Origin: Salpingoeca rosetta
Lineage: Eukaryota > Protista > Choanoflagellata
Length of the DNA stretch: 34,923 bases
Direction of reading: 5' to 3'
NCBI GenBank assembly: GCA_033442325.1
Contig: JAWQFM010000031.1
Span: 349,988 to 384,910 of the forward strand
Positions 1 through 16,778 of this stretch are shown here, in pieces (the stretch's first letter is position 1; each line of letters opens with the position of its first letter). The translations under genes and the position numbers were made by a program. The notes below the pieces were generated by a model that ran no database searches, was not told the DNA's origin, and saw only the letters and a program-made list of their open reading frames with translations.

Positions 1-1167
1 AAATGGTACTCGTGACCCATGTCATCAGCTGTACGTGCACACCGCGCCCACCATCCGTGGCTTTACCAACGTCCCTGCCACCACCACCGTCTCCACGCGC
101 TGCTGTGTCGTTGTCGCGGTCGTCCTCATCACCTCTGTGCGTGTGTGTGCGTTGTTTGCCGCTTCGCTGCTCGTCGTGCGACGCCGCCCGCCGGTGCTGC
201 AGTGCTGCCGATGTCGATGGCGACAGAGAACCAACGCGCGAGGGCGCGTACGACGCGCTCTTCGCCCCACCTGGTTGCCTGCAAGCATCGGTTTCGTACT
301 GCTGCAGGCCCTGGTGGCCATGATGGAGGAGGTGGTGCGCGGACGGGCTGGCCTGCCGCGTTCCTGCCATCGACGGCGTCACCACGACCACCACACCCGA
401 CGCATTCCGTGCACCGCCTGTTGTTGCTGTAGCTGCGGTTGCTGTTGTTGTGTGTGTCGTGCGCACGTACGGGTCCATGGAGAGGGAGAGGCGGTGGTGC
501 GTTGGTGGCCGGCGCTGCATGCGCGGTGGCGGCGACATCAGCTCATCCAGAACACGCGAGTACTCGTGCACACCGGAACCACGCCCAGTACCGACACTCA
601 TGCCATCCCTGTCGTCATTGTCGTCGAGGCTGTCGTGACGAAGGCCACGGCGACCACCACCACCACCACCACCACCACCACCACCACCACCACCACCAGC
701 AGCAGCAGCAGTAGCAGCGGGGTCGCTGCCATCAGAGCGGTGGTGGTCATGATGGTGTGATGGCGAGCACGAGCGCGATTCAGACCACGAACACGAGGAT
801 GGCGATGATGACGGCGACGTCGAAAAATACGACGACGATGACGATGACGATGATGACGATGATGATGATGATGACACGGACGATGATGCTCCTGTCGATG
901 TGGCCAACGACTCATCAGCAGACAATGGTGGTGACGCCACAGTCTGCTCTGTCGTTGCAAACACCTCGTGCGTGTGTGATTGGTCGCGCAGGGACGATGC
1001 AGCGGACGGCGACACCCCGCCATCAGCAGCACGACCACGATCTGTATCATGATGGCCAGCGCTGCCAGTGCTGAAACGGAAAGCGCGTCCATCACTATGA
1101 CCATCATGACCACCACCACCACCACCACAACCGCGTGGGCTGTCGACAGCGTTGGCGTGGGTCCCTC
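1..1167. repeat. Near-identical second copy of 3074-4248 (internal part of exon 2 of the MUN-like gene), probably a redundant contig or read
   Basis: Direct comparison: colinear at an offset of 3080 from about base 120 onward. Differences (1-2 nt deletions, two substitutions) cluster in the first ~120 nt and the last few nt, next to the N gap. Confidence 0.9.
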
Positions 1168-1267
1168 NNNNNNNNNNNNNNNNNNNNNNNNNNNNNNNNN
1201 NNNNNNNNNNNNNNNNNNNNNNNNNNNNNNNNNNNNNNNNNNNNNNNNNNNNNNNNNNNNNNNNNNN
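1168..1267. other. Assembly gap (100 N)
   Basis: Run of 100 N. Confidence 0.99.
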
Positions 1268-1301
<34 letters not shown>

Positions 1302-1453
1302 AACAAACAAACAAACAAACAAACAAACAAACAAACAAACAAACAAACAAACAAACAATCAATCAAACACACACACACATACACACACAAACAAACAAAC
1401 AAACACACACATTTTCCAAACAAACACACCAACAAACAAACACACACACACAC
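1268..1453. repeat. (CA)n/(CAAA)n microsatellite, intronic, abutting the gap
   Basis: Seen directly; lies downstream (minus strand) of the GTGCGT donor at 1512. Confidence 0.9.
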
Positions 1454-1512
1454 GAGAATCCCCGTCCCTCCACTCCCATAGCACGAACAACACTACCGCA
1501 ATCAGAACGCAC

Positions 1513-2182
1513 TGCTTGGTAATGTCGAATGCAAATCCCGCGTGGAGAATGAACGTGGTGCGCTTGCGCGCGACGGCGCTGACCAGGGAGGGGCGAGGTG
1601 CTGTCGCCTTTGTCTTCGTCTTCGTCTTTGCTGTACTCTTCGATGCCGATGCTGATGCTGACGCCGACAATGACGATGTTGATGCTTGCAGTGATGGTGG
1701 TGGCACTGCCGGCACGCTGGAGCGCGCCCGCAGCGACGATGCAGAGAAGTTGTGCAGGGAAGACGACAACGTCGTGTTGTTGTGGTGCAGGGACGACGAG
1801 AGGCTGGTTGACGCGGTGTTGCTGTAATGGTGGTGATAGTGCTGATGGCGATGGTGGCGGTGGTCGTGGTGGTGTTGGAGGGACGACGACAGCGTGTTGT
1901 TGGCTGATCTGTCTGGAGATGCGCGGCGGGAGAGGGAGGCCGCACGCGACGCCGGCACCGACATCTCCACCAGCCGACCAAGATCTGGGGCCATGCAGTG
2001 ACGACACGTGACGCGGAACGGCGTGTTGGTAGAGAGGTACAACGTGTGGTAGAGATGGGTGAGGACGGGACAACGTGCAAACAAACAAGCAAGCAAGCAA
2101 ACAAACAAACAAAATAAAACAAACAAAACCGAAACCAAGCAATAACACAATCAATAAAACAAACAAAAAAAAAACATCAACA

Positions 2183-2218
<36 letters not shown>

Positions 2219-5200
2219 AACAAACAATCAAATACACACACACATCCACACAAACAAACAAATACACACACGCACACACACATACACACACCTTGCGCGT
2301 CTGCAGCCAGCGTGGCGTAAGATGTCTGCCGTGACATGGGACCAACACCTGTGCTCTGCGTGCCATAACCCGTGTCTGTTGTCGCCGCACTGCCACCACC
2401 ACGAGCACCACCCACACGAGAAGCACCCAGGCTGCCACCCATGTTGCCACCACCAGCGTCACCGGTTGCTGGCGCCTTGGACGAGGAGTAAGGCAGCCTG
2501 ACATCGTGCTGGTTCTGGATGAGCGGGCTGCGGGACGTGAGGATTTGGGTCGACAGCCTCGGCCGCCGTGACGCTCGTCTCGTGTTCACAATCACATACC
2601 CGTCTTCGTCTTCGTCTTCCTCCACCTCGTCATTGTCATCATCGTCGTCATCAACAGTGGAAGCAGCACCATCACCAGCGCGCCCCTTGTTCACGCGTGC
2701 GCTGGCGTCCTTGGTCTTGATGCCACTTCTACCGGCACCTTCATCACCTTCCTTGCCATCCAGCAGCAGCAGCCCGACATCCTCCCCGGCACCATCACCA
2801 TCGTCATCACCGCCATGCGTGAAAATAATTGCGCCGTGGGTACCGCCAATACCACCGCCAAAGCCACCATCGCTCATGGCGCCCACGCGTGAGGCGGGTG
2901 CAGTCGCGTGGTGATACTTGCCACCGTCCCCGCCAGATTGCACGCGTTTGCGCAGACGACGACGACGACGACGCCGGTGGTGGTGATGGTGATGGTGGTG
3001 ATGATGGTGGTGACGATGGCCGTCGTGGTGGTTGTGGTTGTAGTGCAGGCGCGTGTCGGCTGGATCCAGCCCCAAATGGTACTCGTGACCCATGTCATCC
3101 AAGCTGTACCCGTGCACACCGCGCCCACCACCCGTGGCTTTACCAACGTCCCTGCCACCACCACCCGTCTCCACCGCGCTGCTGTTGTCGTTGTCGCGGT
3201 TGTCCTCATCACCTCTGTGCGTGTGTGTGCGTTGTTTGCCGCTTCGCTGCTCGTCGTGCGACGCCGCCCGCCGGTGCTGCAGTGCTGCCGATGTCGATGG
3301 CGACAGAGAACCAACGCGCGAGGGCGCGTACGACGCGCTCTTCGCCCCACCTGGTTGCCTGCAAGCATCGGTTTCGTACTGCTGCAGGCCCTGGTGGCCA
3401 TGATGGAGGAGGTGGTGCGCGGACGGGCTGGCCTGCCGCGTTCCTGCCATCGACGGCGTCACCACGACCACCACACCCGACGCATTCCGTGCACCGCCTG
3501 TTGTTGCTGTAGCTGCGGTTGCTGTTGTTGTGTGTGTCGTGCGCACGTACGGGTCCATGGAGAGGGAGAGGCGGTGGTGCGTTGGTGGCCGGCGCTGCAT
3601 GCGCGGTGGCGGCGACATCAGCTCATCCAGAACACGCGAGTACTCGTGCACACCGGAACCACGCCCAGTACCGACACTCATGCCATCCCTGTCGTCATTG
3701 TCGTCGAGGCTGTCGTGACGAAGGCCACGGCGACCACCACCACCACCACCACCACCACCACCACCACCACCACCACCAGCAGCAGCAGCAGTAGCAGCGG
3801 GGTCGCTGCCATCAGAGCGGTGGTGGTCATGATGGTGTGATGGCGAGCACGAGCGCGATTCAGACCACGAACACGAGGATGGCGATGATGACGGCGACGT
3901 CGAAAAATACGACGACGATGACGATGACGATGATGACGATGATGATGATGATGACACGGACGATGATGCTCCTGTCGATGTGGCCAACGACTCATCAGCA
4001 GACAATGGTGGTGACGCCACAGTCTGCTCTGTCGTTGCAAACACCTCGTGCGTGTGTGATTGGTCGCGCAGGGACGATGCAGCGGACGGCGACACCCCGC
4101 CATCAGCAGCACGACCACGATCTGTATCATGATGGCCAGCGCTGCCAGTGCTGAAACGGAAAGCGCGTCCATCACTATGACCATCATGACCACCACCACC
4201 ACCACCACAACCGCGTGGGCTGTCGACAGCGTTGGCGTGGGTTCCCTCCTCCATGTGTGGCAGCACCTCTGGCCCCAGCGGCGCCTGCAGCGTGTCCCAC
4301 ACGAGGAAAAACGGCTGGTGCTTCGAGCGCCCGTGTCGCTTCCTCCCGGCCGTTTGCGCTGACACTGATGATGTTGATGACGACAGCCGGCGATGGGCTT
4401 TGGATGGTGAGGGCGACATCGTGGCTGGCACGGACACCAGTGACACCTTTCGTCCATGCGTACTGGCAACGCCACTGTGCTTGCGCCTGTTGTGCTTGCG
4501 ATGATGATGGCGATGATGATGGCGATGCTGATGGCGATGGCTGCTTGCTGCAGTGGACGCTGGCGTTGTTGCCGGTACAGGGATGCCAGTGCTATGACCA
4601 TGCCCACCACGCAGCTCCCTGCCCCTCTCCCTTCTCCTCGTCCTTCTCGCTCCGCTTCTGGTGGTGGTGCTGCTGCTGCCTTCGCTGGCCCCTGTTGGTG
4701 TGGAGTGCGCAACGACGTGTGCGCTCCCGGCCACGCCGCTGCTCGTCGGCGACAGCACAGCACCGCCGTCAGTACCGCCACGCTCGTGATCATCACCACC
4801 ATCGCCCTCACGGCCATCAAACACAAACGCGGAAGGCAGTGCGTTGAGACGCGCACGCACCGAGGCAGCGCCCGCGTTGTCATTGTTGTCGTGCATGGTG
4901 CCATCGCCATGTGTGTTGGCGGGGCCACCAGTGTTGTTACGACCTCGCCCTACATCACGATCACCGCCACCGCCACCACCACCAGTGGCAGTCGGCGTGG
5001 GGGGTGCTGCTGGCGGAGGGTTGCGGGCGACGCGTGACATGGATTGCGGTGCTGGGTTTGGTGTTCTCGGCAGCGTGGGTGTGAGTGGCGACAGCCCTGG
5101 TGACGGCGTGGCTCCCGCCAGCGCACGATGGGATGTGCTCGAGGCAGCGGAGGCTGTGGACGCCGTCGTCGCATGCGAGTGCACACGACCACGGTGCCGC

Positions 5201-8200
5201 TGCTGTGGCTGCTGCGGCTGCTGTTGTTCATCGTGGTGTTCATGCTGGGGGTGTTGGGCGGGTGAGTCTTGCGAGTGCACGTCTCCAATCCGGTCACCGC
5301 GGTTCACGTCCGCCTTGGCAGTCATCGTTGCTGCTGTCACCACATCCTCGCCACGGCCAACATCATCCTCACGACCATTCACCTCCTCGCCATTGAAATG
5401 ATGGTGGCGATGATGGTGGTGGTGATGGCGCTCACGGCGGTGTTTGCGGCCGCGACGCGTGGTGTGACGCCCATACAATCCACCAACACCATCATCACCA
5501 TCATCACCACCAGGATCGCAATTACGATTACGATGTGCATCGTGCGCGAGCAGGAGCGTGTCGAGGGTGGCAGCGTCGTTGAATGTGTCGGAAAACTCTG
5601 CGTCCAGGTGCCGCCGCACAACCGTGGGCACGCAGCGCAAGTCTCGTAGCAGCAACGCCAGCACGTAGTCGCGCACGAGGGCAAAGGAGGTGGTGGCGAT
5701 GGCGCCCACCGCATCCTGCACTGCGCCGTCCCGCCCGGGCCGCGGGAATACGGGATCGTGCTGCTGGTGCTGCTGGTGCTGCCGGTGCTGCTGCTGGTGG
5801 CCACGGTGATGTTGCCGTGACGTGGGCGACACACTTGCGTCACCTCCACCACGATGAGGACCATTCATGTTGCTTTCATCATCATCATCATCGTCGTCAC
5901 CGCCACAACCACCCCTCACTTGCTTGCGTCGCCGCTGCGCTGATTCGGCCTGGAGCGGATCGACCGGTGTTGGCGGCAGCAGCTGGCACAGGAACAGGCC
6001 CATGCGCACGTGTGCACTCACAGCACTCAGCAGGACAGAGAGTGACGGTATGACGTCCAGCCGCCCTTGCTGCTTGCGGATCGTGGCAAAGGCGGGTTGC
6101 CTGCAGGCATCCCTTGTTGCCACGCGTGCGGACGAGACCCGGGACAGCACTGGCGAGGGTGATTGCGAGGAGTGCACACCGCCACTCGACCGCCTCCCAT
6201 CACTGGCGTATTCCTCGCCCTGCACGCCCTCCTTCTGTACGTCCTTTTCCTCCTGGCCAGCGGGGTCATTGCCGGCTGCTGCTTGTGCTGTTTCTTGTGA
6301 GGTCGCTTTCTTCGCGGAGAAGGATGCGTTGAGCGGAACGCACGAGTCTCTCTGCAGGCTTCGCGCGGCAAGCGTGGCAATCTGACAAGTGGCAGCATGG
6401 TGCGTGTGTGTGTGTGGGGGGGGGGGGGTTGGGGGGTTGGGGGAGGGGTGCAGGTGAGTGAGAGAAGCTATGCATGCCCGAACGCGGTTCACAAAGCATT
6501 CAGCAACAACAAACCCCAAAGCAGAAACATACACACGAAAAAACACATACACACACAAGCACACACACACACCTCGTTGGAGAAGAGTTGTAGCCAGGCG
6601 TGCACGAGTGGTGTCAACGCGGCAGTAGGAAACGGCAACAGCACAGATGACGAGGAGTGCACACTGCCACGCACACTACCACGCACGCTGCCACGTGCAC
6701 TGTTGTCACGCGCGCTGTTGGTGCCAAGCACGTCGTTGGACTGCCACTTGGCGTGTAGCTGGCGAAATGCGGTGACGAAGGACAGCATGTCTGGGTCAAC
6801 AATGACGTCATCAGGGGTGGTGGCGTGCTCCTGCAGCGCCGTCTCGCACGTGCGCACGAACAACTGGCACAGACGGCCATAGTACACGCGAGCAGCGGCG
6901 CTCTGCGGTGATACGGAGCACGCACGCCCCACGCCCCTGTACCACGCGCCAATGGACGCAACATCCTGCACGCACTTGTACAGCAGGACCTGCGCCGTGC
7001 GAGGCGGTGTCCTCCCGCCCTCCACCACGCCCACTTCCTCTTGAAGAGACTTGAAGCGGCGCTCAAACGCGCGCTGCTGCAGGTGCAGCACGGCCTCCTC
7101 CAACCCACGCCTGAAGGGGCGTGGCGCAGTCGTGGACAGGCGAAGGACAGCGTGGAGGACCACCACCATGGCCCAGAACACGCTCCAGTCGTCGCGACGC
7201 GTGGGCGTGAACAGCAGGTGCAGCTGGCTGACGGTGGAGACGACGTGGCTGGCGAGACGGTCCAGCGTTCCGGACAGCGCGTCCTGCTCGCCCCGGCTCA
7301 GCGCGCGACGGCTGAACGACTCGTCAACACATGCGCACGGCAGCAGCGACAGCAGCTCCCCGTACGCCGAAGGATGCGACTGGACTGATGCTGTCGATGT
7401 GGTGGCTTCTGTGGTGGCTCCTGGGGTGGCTCCTGTGGTTGCTGTGGCTGGCATGGTTGCTGTGGTGGATGTGGATGCTTCTGCGGCTGTTGCTGTGGTT
7501 GCTTTGGTTGGTGCAGACGAGCTGAGGGGACTGCGGTGTGCCCGCGGCGCCGCTGACCCCATGCAAACTCGTGTTGCGCCCGTCGTGGAGGGTGGTGTTG
7601 TTGTTGCTGCCGCTGTACTGCTGAAAGACACGAGCGGGCTGCTACTGCTGCTGCTGGTGGTGGTGCTGCTCCTACTGCCAGCCAATCTGCGGCCCGCATG
7701 GTGGACACGGTCGCGTGTTGTGCTTGGAGAGGCAATGGGTGATGGCATATCATCATCGCCACCGTGCTCACGGGCAAACGCATCCACATCACCACCACCA
7801 CCACCACCACCACCACCGCCGCCATGCTGACGGCGAACGCGGCCGTGGCCTTTCATGCCCAGCACGCGTGGCGACTGCACAGGTGTGGACGCGGTGACGA
7901 GGTTGCCATGGCTGTGGTGGCGCTGATACGGTGAGACCTGAGTGGATGACATTGCGGTAGCTCGGTCGGGTGTTGGCGCTGCCGTTGTTGCTGCGAAGGA
8001 AGTTGACGTGGATGTGGTATGGTGCATACGGCTCGTTGCAGATGTAGGTGGTTTGGTGCCGTTGCCAAGGCCAACAGCGGCCGCGCTGTGGTCGTGCACG
8101 TGGTACGGTGCTGCTTGCTTCTTGAAGCGTGCGTGGGACGGCCGTCGCGTTGGCAGGATGGTGGACAGCATGTCCTGCATGGAGGACTCGCGCCGCTCGC

Positions 8201-8484
8201 AGTCCTCCCTGCTGCCAACCAGCCGCAGCACGTGCAGCATGCTTGCAAGCATGAGCCTGTGGTAGCCCGGCTCGTCGCAGTACAGGTCCACCAGGGCATT
8301 CAGCATGGCCAGCAGCAGCTGCAGGCGATCAAAGCCGTGCACGAGGCGCAACTCCTCCAACATGCCAGCGGCACGCGCACTCAACCGCCCACTCCTCAAC
8401 ACGTGCTCTCGCTGGTGATGGCGGTGTTGTTGTTTAAGTTGTTGTTGGTGTTGTTGTTGTTTAAGTTGTTGTTGGTGGTGGTGG

Positions 8485-8518
<34 letters not shown>

Positions 8519-8523
8519 GGTGG

Positions 8524-8614
<91 letters not shown>

Positions 8615-9493
8615 CGTGTGTCGGCACCGCGCAACTTTCTCTCTGTCCATCCTCGGCAACATCATCATCATCATCATCATCATCATCACCGTCATTACCA
8701 CCATTGACAGCACCACCAGCACCAATCTCAACGCGCTGCCGTCCTTCCCTCGTCTCTTCCACAACCTCAGGCTCACCCTCATCTTCGTCGTCTTCGTCCT
8801 CATCCTCATCGTTGTCGCCGGCGGTAAGTTCCGCTGCCAGTGCCGCCGACACCACAAATTGAAACTGCTCAGGCGACAGCTTCAGCGCCGCGTAGTCGCT
8901 CGCCCGCACATGCTGCTGCTGCTCCTGTTGCTGCTGTGGTTGTTTGCGGTGTGCTGGCACGTCGTTCCCTAGCTTCCCCTGCCCTCCTTCCTGCTGCTGC
9001 TCCTGCTGCTGCTGCTGCTGTGCATCGTGTGCTGCCGTAGTTGTTGTGGCTGTAAGTGGCGCTGCTCGTTCGCACTTGGTGCCAGCAGTGCGAATGGCGC
9101 CATCAACGCCCACACCCGTACCTTCAGGTTGAACGACACGACTGTTGTCATTGTCGTGCCCCACTCTGCTTGCAAGCACGGCCAGGCGCCGTCGCTCGCG
9201 CTCCCGCCACGCCTCAAACGCCGCCTCCGACGAAAACGAGTGCAGGTCGAAACACGCGTGCTCAGAGTACTGCACAAGCGCCGCCTGCTGTTGCAGCGCT
9301 AAACGCACCAGCTCCCTGGTAGTCCTCCCTGCCGCCTGGGCGTGAACCTCCGCCTCATTGCTCGTGAACCCTCGAATGTCGACGCGAAGGCCACGGCGCT
9401 GCAGTGTTCGATACAGGCGGAACACGCGCTGCACGCGCCACCGCATGCGCCTGAACGGCCGCACATGAGGCAGCGCCTTGATGATGCCGTTGC

Positions 9494-9575
<82 letters not shown>

Positions 9576-9598
9576 GCTGCTGCTGCTGTTGTTGTTGC

Positions 9599-9632
<34 letters not shown>

Positions 9633-11195
9633 GCTGCTGTTGTTGCCGTTGCCGTTGCTGCTGCTGCTGCTGTTGTTGTTGTGGTGGTGGTGGTCATTGT
9701 CAACAGCGCCAACACTCCTATCAACACTCGCACCGCCTCTTTTATCAACCCCCTCATCGACGCTCGTACCGTTGCTGGCGTTGTCATTCTGTGATCTCTT
9801 GCCTTGCTTGCGTTGCCCAACCGTACTCCCTTGTCCTTCACCTTCATCACATGTGCACGTGAGCAATGTGCTGCCGTTTGATATGCGGATGAGCGCGCGC
9901 ATCGCCTCCTCTGTCCATGCGCGTGTGTGCGGTGACGTTTCGTTGCGCAGCAAAGCAGCTGCCTTCTCCCACAGCGCCTTGCGTGTCAGCCGGAAACACG
10001 CCCGCATGCCCGCTTTCCCCGACACACCCTGCCTCCCCACAACCACGTGCCCACCACCACCGCCACCACCTCCACCGCCACCACCAAGGATGTTGCTGAT
10101 GCTGGCCAGGTTGCTGGTGGTGGTGGCGTTGAGCATGGCGAGGCTCGCCTGTGCGCTCGTGCTCCGGTGCAGTGATGACAGGGAGGATGAGAGCGGTGCG
10201 CTTGCCCTGCGCGCAGATGGGCTTACGCCAACGCCGCGACCGGAGAGCAAGGATGCAGAGTGGGCATGGTGCATGCTGTGGTGCGCGTACTGATTTGCTC
10301 TGCCGTCGACCCGGCCGGAGATGAGGCCCGGGCTGACGTTGGTGTAGTGGCGACGATGCCGGATGCGCCAGAGCAGGTGGTGGACAAGGCGGTTGATCTC
10401 TGCCGTGATGCGCCGGTGCGCAGCGGGCAAGCGCGCGTGGTCGCCCAGTGGCAGCAGCGCAGACCGTTGTATGGCTTGAGCAGCCGGCCCGCGTGGTATT
10501 GCGCCGGTGTACTCGGCAAGGTGGCCGTATCGGACGGCAAGGTCCAAGTATGGAGAGAACGCCTTGCCGGGCTGGTACACGGGCATGCGTTGCGCTTGTC
10601 GCTGCTGGGGAAAGTCAGCGTGAGAGCGATGTGCTGTGCCGTCGCGACTGTCGTGCGCAGCAGATGGTCCTCGCTTCTCCTGCTCCTCGGCGTTGCGGTC
10701 GTTCTCCTCGCCCTGCCTCTCTTGTTTGTCGCCTCCCTCCTCCTGCCTCTGCTCGTGTTGCTCCTCCTCGTCCTCCTCCTTGTCTTGCTCGTTCTCGTCT
10801 TTCCGCCCTTTCTTGTCTTCACCGGCTTCGTCTTCATCCACGCTGTCGAAAGGCACTTCCCGCGACGCACTCTTGTCTGATTGTACTTCTATCAACGGTG
10901 ACAGGCGCCCCGCCCCTGAGCCGGCTGTGATGGTGAACGCCTTGCGCAGACGGTTGAAGCTGGATGTGGCGACATTGGACGGTGTGCTGCGGGTGGGGAG
11001 GGAAGGGCAAGCTTGCATCATTGGCGCTGCGTCACGGTGCTGATGCTGATGCTGCTGCTGGGCCTCTTCCAACAGCCATTCCAACGCCTGCTCAAAGGGG
11101 ATGATCACATCTTCCTCCTCCTCCTCTTTGCCGTTGTTGTTGTTGTTGTTGCCAGCAACAGCTTCACTTTGACGTTCATCGCCAGCCTTCACCAT
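1513..11195 (-). CDS. Very large low-complexity protein with probable MUN/Munc13-homology (MHD1) segments (Unc13/BAIAP3/PATROL1-like); 3' end missing at the gap
   Basis: Exons 11195-6573, 6381-2292 and 1984-1513 joined by phase-compatible GT-AG introns (phase 0, then 1), about 3060 codons with no stop. The junction peptide LTPLVHAWLQLFSNE|IATLAARSLQRDSCVPLN resembles the MHD1 start of Munc13-4 as I recall it ([33 protein letters not shown]). LSARAAGMLEELRLVHGFDRLQLLLAML resembles the helix preceding MUN. Gene structure is more certain (~0.85) than the family call. Confidence 0.65.
8425..8614. repeat. (TTG)n microsatellite encoding poly-Gln (CAA) in the minus-strand MUN-like gene
   Basis: Seen directly; in frame within ORF 6489-11195. 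Confidence 0.9.
9489..9693. repeat. (TTG)n/(CTG)n microsatellite encoding poly-Asn/Ser in the minus-strand MUN-like gene
   Basis: Seen directly; in frame within ORF 6489-11195. Confidence 0.9.
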
Positions 11196-11806
11196 GGTGT
11201 CTTGGGTGCGTGTGTGTGTGCTGGATGAGGCGGCAGATGCGTCATCAGAGCGAAGGTGGCAACCTCTTCTTCACTGCGGTTTGTGGTGTCGTGACGAGGA
11301 ATTGTCTGCCGGGATGTTGTTGTTGTTGGTGTTCTGTGTTGTATTCATCGACGTGACGCCCACGCACGCGAGCACTCACAATATCTGCCAACACACACAC
11401 CCGCACACGCACGTACGCGAGCACTCACAACATCTGCCAATACACACACACACACACACACAACTCAAAGCAAACTGCATTATCTATGACATCAGTTCAT
11501 GAGACACGAAACAACCACACAACCCGACGCACCCCGACAAAACCAATTGTTACATTACATTCCCACCAAGCACGAAAAGGGACGCAGAAACACATGCAAG
11601 ATGGACGCTGCTGGTGATGCTCCCGTGATGAGAATGCTCAACGCGAGGTGGAGTTATGTTACTGCAAGTGTGTGCATGTGTCAGTGTGTCCATGTCAATG
11701 TGTGCGAACAACAGATCTGCCATCACACACAACTCACAGACAAACATCATGTCACTCCACAAACATGCGCCCAGACAAACAACGACATCAAACATCCCCC
11801 CTCTCT

Positions 11807-16041
<4,235 letters not shown>

Positions 16042-16778
16042 CGTCGGTGTTTGTGGGGGTGGTGCTGGTGGTTTGTATTGGTGGTGCCGCCTGTGCTGCC
16101 GCCTGTGGTGTTTGTGGTGCTGGTGTTGGTGGTGACAGAGACCTGTGGATTGGAGGTGAAGATGAATGGATGGCTGGCTACCTGTGCCTTGCTTATCTGC
16201 CGTGCTTGTTCCTCGTTTTCGTCTGGAATGGGAGTATGGGGTTGGCACGAGATTGGGTCCACTGCTTTTGGTTCTGGTGTGTGCGGCGTGTGTGCGTGTT
16301 TGAGGGTTGTGGGTGGTTGCGTGTGTGTGGTTGCGCGTTGTGTGTAGTTGGGTTTTGTGCTCCTCTGCTTGCTTCTTCTTCGCGCGCTTCCCAACACTTG
16401 GCCTTTGTCTATGCCGGCCTTGTTGTAGGCTTCGTCAGGGAAAATTGCGCAGCGAACTGTGACGAGGCTGGTGGCGAACAGCAAGCAACTTGGCGAGGCA
16501 ACCCGAACAAACCTCTCCGTGTACAACGCCTTTGTCACCTGTTTGTTTGCGTGCAGTTCGTTCCGTTGTTGTGCAGCGCGCGCTCTCCTCCTGATTCCTC
16601 ACTCGTTTCCATCCTTTGATTCACACGTGTACCACTAAAGCAAGGCAACTTGAAGCATGTACACACAGACGCACACACACGCACACACACACACAAAAAA
16701 CATGCACAAACACACACAACTCCCCACCATCTCCCCTCCCTCCCTGGCTCTCTCCCTTCTCCCTCTTCAAACATCACA

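Noticed and set aside
1268-1453. Possible telomeric repeat near the window start
   Set aside because: It is (CA)n/(CAAA)n like other introns, not a TTAGGG-type array.
1363-6570. 1735-aa ORF as a standalone gene
   Set aside because: Both ends translate intronic (GT)n. The real exon is 6381-2292, spliced to 11195-6573 and 1984-1513.
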